Of a DNA stretch of 12,293 nt, positions 6,596 to 12,293 are shown in pieces (the first letter of the stretch is position 1; each line of letters begins with the position of its first letter). The notes beneath the pieces are model-generated. The model saw nothing but the letters and a program-made list of their open reading frames with translations, ran no database searches and was not told where the DNA came from. A program made the position numbers and the translations under genes. The DNA comes from Bradymonadia bacterium (lineage in GTDB: Bacteria; Myxococcota_A; Bradymonadia; UBA7976; UBA1532), in NCBI GenBank assembly GCA_046290225.1, contig JBKAGE010000072.1, forward strand, positions 99,764 to 112,056, given 5' to 3'.

Positions 6596-7972
6596 TCAGC
6601 TCTTGAGCGACTTGATGAGCTCCGACAGGGGGGCGTCGGCGCCGTCGAAACGATCGCTCACCTTACCGTTCTCCAGCTTGAGCACCCCTCGGGGGCACAC
6701 CGCAGCGCAAATGCCGCAGCCCACGCAGCTCGCCCGGACGATGTTCTCACCCTTCTGAGCGTATTTACGCACGTCGATGCCCATCTCGCAGTAGGTCGAG
6801 CAGTTACCACAGGAGATGCACTGCCCGCCGTTGGTGGTGATGCGGAACCGGCTGAAGAAGCGCTGACCCAGACCCAGAATCGCGGCCATCGGGCAGAAGA
6901 AGCGGCACCACACCCGGCTGCCCATCAGGGGGTAGAAGCCCACGCCGACGACGCCGGAAAGCATGGCGCCCACGAGGAAGCCGTAGGTCTTCGACGCCGC
7001 CTGGCTGAAGTCCCCAAGGACCTTGCCCTCAGTGTAACTGTTGATCCAGATCACCAGGGTGACCACGGTGATCGACACCAGCACTAGGTGAATCGCCCAG
7101 CGCTCGAAGCGCCACGCCTTGATGGACTTGTCGCTGAGATGCCGGAAGGGATCACCGGCGGTCTCGGCAAGACCACCGCAACCACACACCCACGAGCAGT
7201 ACCAGCGCTTACCGAAGTACCATGTGAGCAGTGGGGTCAGGATGAAGCTCGCGGCGATGCCCCAGAACACCATGAAGGTGCCCAGGCCACCAGGCTGCTC
7301 CATGAGCCACTTGATGTCGTTGGGGAACAAGTAGTTGTACTTCAGGGGCCAGAAGTAGGTGAAATAGAACTCGGGCTGACTCATCAGCTTCAGAAACTGC
7401 GGGATCAAGAACCCGAAGCCCAGCTGGAAGAACATCACCGAGAGCGTACGGAAGATTTGGTACTTGTTGTGGCGGTAGCGGAAGATCATCCGCACGCCCA
7501 TCAGCACCACCCCGAAGGTGTACAGGGTGCCATAGAGGAACCACTGATCAGCGCCCTTACCGTTGAGCAGCTTGCCCAGCGGCTCCACGAGGGCGATGGC
7601 CCCTGACAGCGAGCTGCCGTGCCAGTAGAGCATCACGTACAGCGTGGTGATGACTACCCCGAGGATGATGCCCACCGTACCGCGGGACTTGGTGCCGTCG
7701 GTCATGGTGCCGTTGTTCTTGATGCCCGGTACCGTTCCGCTGTAGGTGGCGACGATGTGACCGATGGTGCCCACAGTGATGGGCCCGAAGACCGAGAAGA
7801 AACCCACCCAGCCACCGAGACGCCAGCCAAAGAGAGCGGCGGCAAAGAGGGCGGCGCTCAGCAGAATCAGGCCGGTGCTGATTTTGCGGAGCTGTTGCAT
7901 TTGAGCGCTCACCTCGTGGGTGGCACCGTGACCGTCGACGAGAGAGATGCTTGCGTTGATCGGGTTGCTCAT
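6596..7972 (-). CDS. Polytopic membrane iron-sulfur protein of the NapH/MauN/NosR/CcoG (FixG) type, with a C-terminal 2x[4Fe-4S] ferredoxin domain
   Basis: The true start is ATG at 7972-7970 (MSNPINAS...). The ORF track's 95-aa N-terminal extension overlaps the upstream gene and is rejected. There are about 9-10 hydrophobic helices. Two CxxxCP-type membrane-proximal motifs, KRWYCSWVCGCGG and RVWCRFFCPMAAILG, match the R-x-(F/W)-C-R-x-x-C-P-x-G signature of NapH/MauN-family proteins. The C-terminus carries CISCGNCSTYCE and CVGCGICAAVCP (CxxCxxCxxxC[P/E]). The stop (TGA) is on the + strand as TCA at 6596-6598. The start overlaps the upstream flavoprotein stop as ATGA, which suggests translational coupling. 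Confidence 0.8.
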   Translation of the reverse strand: MSNPINASISLVDGHGATHEVSAQMQQLRKISTGLILLSAALFAAALFGWRLGGWVGFFSVFGPITVGTIGHIVATYSGTVPGIKNNGTMTDGTKSRGTVGIILGVVITTLYVMLYWHGSSLSGAIALVEPLGKLLNGKGADQWFLYGTLYTFGVVLMGVRMIFRYRHNKYQIFRTLSVMFFQLGFGFLIPQFLKLMSQPEFYFTYFWPLKYNYLFPNDIKWLMEQPGGLGTFMVFWGIAASFILTPLLTWYFGKRWYCSWVCGCGGLAETAGDPFRHLSDKSIKAWRFERWAIHLVLVSITVVTLVIWINSYTEGKVLGDFSQAASKTYGFLVGAMLSGVVGVGFYPLMGSRVWCRFFCPMAAILGLGQRFFSRFRITTNGGQCISCGNCSTYCEMGIDVRKYAQKGENIVRASCVGCGICAAVCPRGVLKLENGKVSDRFDGADAPLSELIKSLKS

Positions 7973-9252
7973 CGGACCTGCTCCATGAACGTGCCTACGA
8001 TGTTGCGCTCGTGCTTCCGGTAGAACTCGGGATCGAAGTTCGCATCCCGCATGTGGGCGAAGACGTACTCCGCATCTCTCTCCTCGGCGATCCACCGCTC
8101 GCAGACCCGGTGTCGATACCGGATGCCCATGGCGTTCACACCCTTGATGATCCCGTCTTGGAAGACCAGACGCATCGAATGCCGACGACTGGGGTGCTCC
8201 CAATACAGGTTCTTCTCGCGCTCGAGGTCCCGCTTCACCTGACCGTAGGTGTGCCACTCGAGATCGAGGAACTTGGCAGAGTTGAACCAGATGCCCTGCT
8301 CATAGGTGCGATCGATGCCGCTGATGACGTCGCCGGCCACCTGCCCCTGAGCCTTGCCGGTGTACCAGACCTGCTCGATGGTGTTCCGGGCGTCTCCGGG
8401 GTTCACCAGCTCGGCGCAGTCGCCCACGGCGTAGACCCCTTCGACCTGCGTCTGGAGCTTCCAGTCCACCAGGATCCCACGACCGGTGGGGATGCCTGAG
8501 CCTTCGAGTGCGGACAGGTTGGGCCGTACACCCGCGGTGAGGCCCACGAACTCGCAGTCGATGCGCTCGCCGTCTTTGGTCATCACGCCGCAGACGCGCC
8601 CATGGCCATCATCCAGGATCTCGGCGAGCTCGGTCTCGAGACGCAGATCGATGTGCTGCTCGTAGATGTGGTGGTTCACCAGGGCCGACTCTTCGGCGGG
8701 GAGCACGTTGCTCCAGTACGACTTCTCACGGGCGAGGATGCTCACGTGCTTGCCGCGTGCATGGAGCATCTCGGCGAGCTCGATGCCGATGAGGCCCCCA
8801 CCGACGATGACCCCGCGCTTGATGCGATGGCTGTTGGCCTCGAGGCTGTAGAGATCCTGCAGGCTGTACATGCCGTGCACGCCTTCGAGATCCTGACCGG
8901 GCCAGCCGAACTTGTTGGGCTGGCTGCCCACGGCGAGCACCAGCTTGTCGTAGGCGATCGAGGTGCGGGTGTCGTTGACGCTGTTGAGCGTCAGCCGGCG
9001 GTTCTCGGTGTCGATGTGGGTGACCCAGCCCTGCACCCGCTCGATGCGGTTGAGATCCCATACATGGTTCTCGTACGGGCGGGTCTGGGCCTCGGTCATG
9101 TGCCCCATGTAGATGTACATGAGGGCTGGTCGCGAGAAGAAGTACTCCGACTCTCCGGAGATCAGCGAGATGCGCCAGTCAGGATGGTTTTTGCGTATGC
9201 GAAACGCTGTGGTCACCCCTGAGATGCCGTTGCCGATGATCGCGATGTGCAT
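7969..9252 (-). CDS. FAD/NAD(P)H-dependent oxidoreductase of the two-dinucleotide-binding-domain fold (ferredoxin-reductase / pyridine nucleotide-disulfide oxidoreductase family)
   Basis: Start chosen at the second Met (ATG 9252-9250; MHIAIIGNGISGV = FAD GxGxxG) because AAGGAAGGGAG lies 4-8 nt upstream. The track ORF begins 11 codons earlier at 9285. The NAD(P) Rossmann motif KRGVIVGGGLIGIELAE and the second FAD motif GVYAVGDCA are present. No redox-active CxxxxC or single active-site Cys appears near the N-terminus, which makes a ferredoxin/rubredoxin-reductase-like enzyme more likely than a disulfide reductase. The stop TGA is TCA at 7969-7971 on the + strand. Confidence 0.85.
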   Translation of the reverse strand: MHIAIIGNGISGVTTAFRIRKNHPDWRISLISGESEYFFSRPALMYIYMGHMTEAQTRPYENHVWDLNRIERVQGWVTHIDTENRRLTLNSVNDTRTSIAYDKLVLAVGSQPNKFGWPGQDLEGVHGMYSLQDLYSLEANSHRIKRGVIVGGGLIGIELAEMLHARGKHVSILAREKSYWSNVLPAEESALVNHHIYEQHIDLRLETELAEILDDGHGRVCGVMTKDGERIDCEFVGLTAGVRPNLSALEGSGIPTGRGILVDWKLQTQVEGVYAVGDCAELVNPGDARNTIEQVWYTGKAQGQVAGDVISGIDRTYEQGIWFNSAKFLDLEWHTYGQVKRDLEREKNLYWEHPSRRHSMRLVFQDGIIKGVNAMGIRYRHRVCERWIAEERDAEYVFAHMRDANFDPEFYRKHERNIVGTFMEQVR

Positions 9253-9510
9253 GGTCTCCCTTCCTTGCAGCCTCAACCGGCCCACACACGACCGCGCCTA
9301 CACCACCGGTGATGCCCAGCACGGGCTGTGGCCGATGAGGTGATACAGCGCGATGTATGCGTATGAGTGTATACCCAGATGTCGTCGGCGCGAGTTCAGG
9401 ACATGAGTTTCACGTCATGCTCCCGCGACGGCCTGGGCTGAAGAACTGCTCAATCTGTGTTCGTTGGAGTCTACGCGGCCAGAAAGACGGTGTTACACGC
9501 CTGTTTAAGT

Positions 9511-10596
9511 TTACAACGAGACGCTGAGTCCGGCGGGGCAGATGGGCAGGACCTCGACGTGCCAGCCGGCGGCCTCGTAGGCCGACTTCAAGGGAGCGAG
9601 GTCGGCTGCATAGCGGGGCAGAACCCAGGACATGTCTCCGCCAGCGGCGCCAGTGGGCTTCGCCGCAGCGCCGTGTGCCTCTGCGATGTACGAGATGGAT
9701 TCGTGGGCGGGGATGATGAGAGGCACCTCTGCGTCCTGGCCCAGGGCGGTGATGGCTTCAGCGCCCATCCTCACAGCCTCGACGAGGGCACTTCGATCTG
9801 CGTTGAAGAGCGCGCCCTGCCCTGCCCTGGCGGCAGCTTCGATGCCCGCTCTGCGCAGCCGCCACCCCTCAGGGTTCTGCTGCGCCCAACGCTTGATTTG
9901 AGGCACCAGCACCTTGGTGCTCGCCGACTGACCCGTCCACACCATCATGAGGGGGGTCTCTTCGAGCCACTGTGTGTGACCAGCCCAGCAGTACATCTCG
10001 TCGACGACAGTCCGCCACGCCGCCCAGGCGTTGAGATCGGTGCTGGCCTCGTGGATGGTCCTCAGCCGGTAGATGATCACGCCGCCCATGACCGAGGCGG
10101 CGACATCCGCGCCGCTGCCTGATCCTTGCACCGCCCGGTGGGCGCCGTGTACCCGCTCGAAGATGATTCGACGAATGTTGCGCTCTTCCGAACGCTGACC
10201 GCTGACGAGTTGACCTGCCCCACCTGCTGCGGCGAGGGCGCCAGCGAGGGCTACGCTGACAGCAGCACTGCTGCCAAGGCCCAGCTTGATGCCTTCGGCC
10301 TGACTGTAGAGGGCGCTGCTGTCGGTGGTGAACCGACCGGCGGAAGGCGCTGGCCATCGATCGAGCAGCCCCTGCACGAAGGCCAGTGGATCCCCAGAGG
10401 GGCTGTGCCGTCCGACATGAGCCAGCTGCTCGGTGAGTCCTGGCGCCGCGATTTCGGTCCGCTCTGGACCGAGGGTCACCGCACACTTCGCCCGACGCTC
10501 AACGGCAGCGACGATGGCGATGCAGTTGTCGAGCACTGCATACTCACCAAAGAGCATGACCTTGCCAGGGGCGCGGGCGACGTACGGCTTCAGCAT
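9511..10596 (-). CDS. mvaK2: Phosphomevalonate kinase (GHMP, ERG8/MvaK2 type)
   Basis: True start is ATG 10596-10594 (MLKPYVARAPGKVMLFGEYAVL = GHMP motif 1). The track ORF's 35-aa Arg-rich extension runs back into mvaD and is rejected. GHMP motif 2 GIKLGLGSSAAVSVALAGALAAA and motif 3 KPTGAGGGDMSWVL are present. Stop TAA is TTA at 9511-9513. The start lies 7 nt inside the mvaD 3' end (ATGCTGA). Confidence 0.85.
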   Translation of the reverse strand: MLKPYVARAPGKVMLFGEYAVLDNCIAIVAAVERRAKCAVTLGPERTEIAAPGLTEQLAHVGRHSPSGDPLAFVQGLLDRWPAPSAGRFTTDSSALYSQAEGIKLGLGSSAAVSVALAGALAAAGGAGQLVSGQRSEERNIRRIIFERVHGAHRAVQGSGSGADVAASVMGGVIIYRLRTIHEASTDLNAWAAWRTVVDEMYCWAGHTQWLEETPLMMVWTGQSASTKVLVPQIKRWAQQNPEGWRLRRAGIEAAARAGQGALFNADRSALVEAVRMGAEAITALGQDAEVPLIIPAHESISYIAEAHGAAAKPTGAAGGDMSWVLPRYAADLAPLKSAYEAAGWHVEVLPICPAGLSVSL

Positions 10597-11567
10597 GTCT
10601 CGACCTGCGCCCCCGGACCAGGCGCGGCGACGAGCACTTCGCTCACGCCAGGTACGGCCTTCAGGGTGCTGGCGATGTGCTCGGCATCCTCGGCAGCGCA
10701 CAACACCTTGACGTGGGGGCCTGCGTCCATCGTGTACCAGGCGCTCACGCCCTGCTCACGCAGCTGGTGCACCTGCTCCATGGCGGCGAGGGTGGCGGAG
10801 CGCCAATAGATGAGCGGTGGACGCCCCGCCATCATGCAGGCGTGCATCTTGAGGGTGGAGTGCTCCATCATCTCACCAAGCGTGTCCAAATCTCGCGCGT
10901 TGATGGCAGCCTCGGCGGCCTGCATGTCGGCCTCGTGGCTGCTCACCCAGGAGGCGAAGTAGGGACTGGTGCGGGCGGAGCTCTCCATGCCGACGCGAGA
11001 GCTGATTTTCTTGGGGCCCTTCTCGGTGAGGCAGAGCACCATGCGCAGCGGCCATGCCTCAGGCGTGGCAATCTGACGAATCTGTCCTTCGACCTTGTCG
11101 AGCACGACGAACCCGCCGAGCAATGATCTTGGCGCCGAGCCGGATCCGATCCGTGTGAGCTCGGCCTTGTGAGGATCTTCAGGGTCGAGGCCGGCAGCGG
11201 CCCAGGCAGCTGCGACGAGAGCAGCGAACCCACTGGCGCTGCTGGCGAGGCCCGCTGCGGTGGGTACGGTGTTCTCGCTGTTGACCCGAGCATGGGGCAA
11301 CGGGATGCCATGTGATCCAGCATGCTGTCGCACGGCGTCGAGAATGGGCTGTACCCGCCCGGCGTCGGCCTCGACGCCATTGAGCTGGAACTGGTGGTGG
11401 CTCAATGCGCTGTCGAAGATCACCTCGGTGCGGGTGCCGGGGGCGTCGAGGGTGAGCGACAGGCTACTGACTGCGGGCAGGTTGAGCTCGGCGTCTCGTT
11501 TGCCCCAGTACTTGATCAGGGCGACGTTGATGCCGGCCTGGGCGATGGCTCGGTGAGGCTGCTGCAT
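10590..11567 (-). CDS. mvaD: Diphosphomevalonate decarboxylase
   Basis: True start is ATG 11567-11565 (MQQPHRAIAQAGINVALIKYWGKRD). This sits 13 residues before the universally conserved NIALIKYWGKRD block, as in characterised MVDs. GHMP motif VPTAAGLASSASGFAALVAAA and RIGSGSAPRSL are present, and the C-terminal YTMDAGPHVKVL block matches MVD. The 43-aa N-terminal extension in the track ORF (PVPVPVPVPV..., Pro-rich) is read-through of the upstream microsatellite and is rejected. No SD-like motif lies upstream of this start. Confidence 0.88.
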   Translation of the reverse strand: MQQPHRAIAQAGINVALIKYWGKRDAELNLPAVSSLSLTLDAPGTRTEVIFDSALSHHQFQLNGVEADAGRVQPILDAVRQHAGSHGIPLPHARVNSENTVPTAAGLASSASGFAALVAAAWAAAGLDPEDPHKAELTRIGSGSAPRSLLGGFVVLDKVEGQIRQIATPEAWPLRMVLCLTEKGPKKISSRVGMESSARTSPYFASWVSSHEADMQAAEAAINARDLDTLGEMMEHSTLKMHACMMAGRPPLIYWRSATLAAMEQVHQLREQGVSAWYTMDAGPHVKVLCAAEDAEHIASTLKAVPGVSEVLVAAPGPGAQVETC

Positions 11568-11666
11568 GGGGGCTCGCTGGGCGGGGGTCGGAGGTGATGG
11601 ATGGGGTTGTTTTAGCGTGGGTGGGGGTGGTTGTGGAGGGTTCGCTCCGCGGGTGAGAGAGTTTTC

Positions 11667-11696
11667 GGGCACGGGCACGGGCACGGGCACGGGCAC
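11667..11696. repeat. (GGGCAC)5 perfect hexanucleotide tandem repeat, about 100 bp upstream of the mvaD start
   Basis: Read directly from the sequence: gggcac x5 at 11667-11696. It is preceded by a G-run-rich tract at 11581-11645 (GGGGG, GGG, GGGGG, GGG... on the + strand, so C-rich in the mvaD leader). Confidence 0.9.
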
Positions 11697-11936
11697 GAGT
11701 CGAATATCCCTGGGCTTTTTTGATGGATGGGCTGCTCGCCGAGCGTGGGGGGCGGCGTGTTGGCTTTTGGAGGTGGGCGCCAGGTTACGGGAACGTCACA
11801 CCCCACCCATTGTGGAACACCTGCACCAAACCGCTCCACAATGAAACGCAACGCAGAATGGGTCACAGGGTTAATGTGTGAGAAACGCTTAAAATCACCG
11901 TCTGGCACACAGCATGCATTTAAGTATGTGCGAATG

Positions 11937-11984
11937 CCCGGTGTCTGGCCCCTCCCTCCACCAGATGCCGGGTATTTTTTTGCT
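11937..11984 (+). terminator. Strong rho-independent-terminator-like hairpin plus U-tract on the + strand, with no upstream + strand gene (orphan)
   Basis: A 12-bp stem CCCGGTGTCTGG (11937-11948) pairs with CCAGATGCCGGG (11961-11972). It has 10 Watson-Crick pairs and 2 G-U pairs. The loop is the 12-nt CCCCTCCCTCCA. It is followed by TATTTTTTTT (11973-11982). On the - strand this would be an A-tract before the hairpin, so it works only for + strand transcription. Confidence 0.55.
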
Positions 11985-12293
11985 CCGGCGCTCCGCGGGG
12001 CACGTGCATATGTGGGTTATGGCTTTGTTGGGTTGGTGGGTTGGGGCTTTTTCACTCCATTCAGTGATGACTCTATAGATGATGAATTTGCCATACTTTT
12101 GGTGAGCAGCCCCTCTTGCGTGGGCTGATACACAGTGGATGTCCCTTCTCCTGTCACCTTGTAAGTCGGAGAAGTGTTGTGCATCCGCCCTGGTAGGGTA
12201 GGCGGGTCGCGGCGTAGTACCGCGTTGCCCGCCCCCCATCGCACCGGACGTGCGGATCTCCCGCATCCGGCGCTCCTGCATCAGTCGCCATCG

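Noticed and set aside
6176-6598. CRISPR array interpretation of the repeat region
   Set aside because: The conserved units are only ~12 nt, which is far below CRISPR repeat length. The variable segments are self-complementary hairpins rather than unique protospacer-like sequences. The two halves are in opposite orientation, and no cas genes occur in the window.
6176-6598. MITE or IS-derived element with terminal inverted repeats
   Set aside because: The ends do resemble each other in inverted orientation (GAGCGGACG ... CGTCCGCTC). I could find no flanking target-site duplication, and the element exactly fills the space between two stop codons. It remains a possible origin but is not supported as a recent insertion.
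7973-8257. 95-aa N-terminal extension of the membrane Fe-S protein ORF, and the analogous extensions of mvaK2 (10597-10701) and mvaD (11568-11696)
   Set aside because: The extensions run into the upstream gene or promoter region. They are Arg/Pro-rich, and the mvaD one is simply the translated (GGGCAC)5 repeat giving PVPVPVPVPV. Conserved family N-termini begin at the internal Met codons chosen in the features.
12140-12293. tRNA or tmRNA gene in the hairpin-rich 3' end
   Set aside because: No T-loop consensus (GGTTCGAATCC or GTTCAAATCC, or their complements) is present. The arm spacings do not fit a cloverleaf, and the 7-nt loop CGTAGTA does not match T- or anticodon-loop conventions.

Overview
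This is a GC-rich (roughly two-thirds G+C by eye) bacterial chromosomal window. Most of it is a mevalonate-pathway isoprenoid cluster arranged as two convergent gene sets. On the + strand are a type-2 IPP isomerase (fni), a signal-peptide protein, a class II HMG-CoA reductase, mevalonate kinase and a second signal-peptide protein whose start overlaps the mvk stop (TGATG). On the - strand are diphosphomevalonate decarboxylase and phosphomevalonate kinase with overlapping stop/start. HMG-CoA synthase and thiolase are not in the window. Signal peptides with AXA-type cleavage sites and Shine-Dalgarno motifs suggest a Gram-negative, SD-using organism. Three non-pathway elements sit between the two gene sets: (i) a NYN (PIN-like RNase) domain fused to a cold-shock/OB-like domain; (ii) directly after its stop codon and filling the whole 420-bp convergent intergenic gap, ten copies of a conserved ~12-nt motif (CTGTAGCGGACG), five on each strand in mirror-image order, each followed by a different short perfect hairpin with a C(YNC)G triloop; (iii) a translationally coupled ferredoxin-reductase-like flavoprotein plus a NapH/MauN-type polytopic membrane protein with two C-terminal [4Fe-4S] motifs. 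The NYN-CSD gene with its adjacent hairpin-module array is the most likely candidate for an undescribed system, such as an RNA-processing or structured-RNA locus. Upstream of mvaD lie a (GGGCAC)5 hexamer microsatellite, a G-rich tract, and a lower-GC noncoding stretch holding a strong orphan rho-independent terminator on the + strand, which makes it an sRNA candidate. Many long antisense ORFs in the six-frame track are GC-driven artefacts. Three long ORFs in the track (mvaD, pmk, the membrane Fe-S protein) carry spurious N-terminal read-through extensions.
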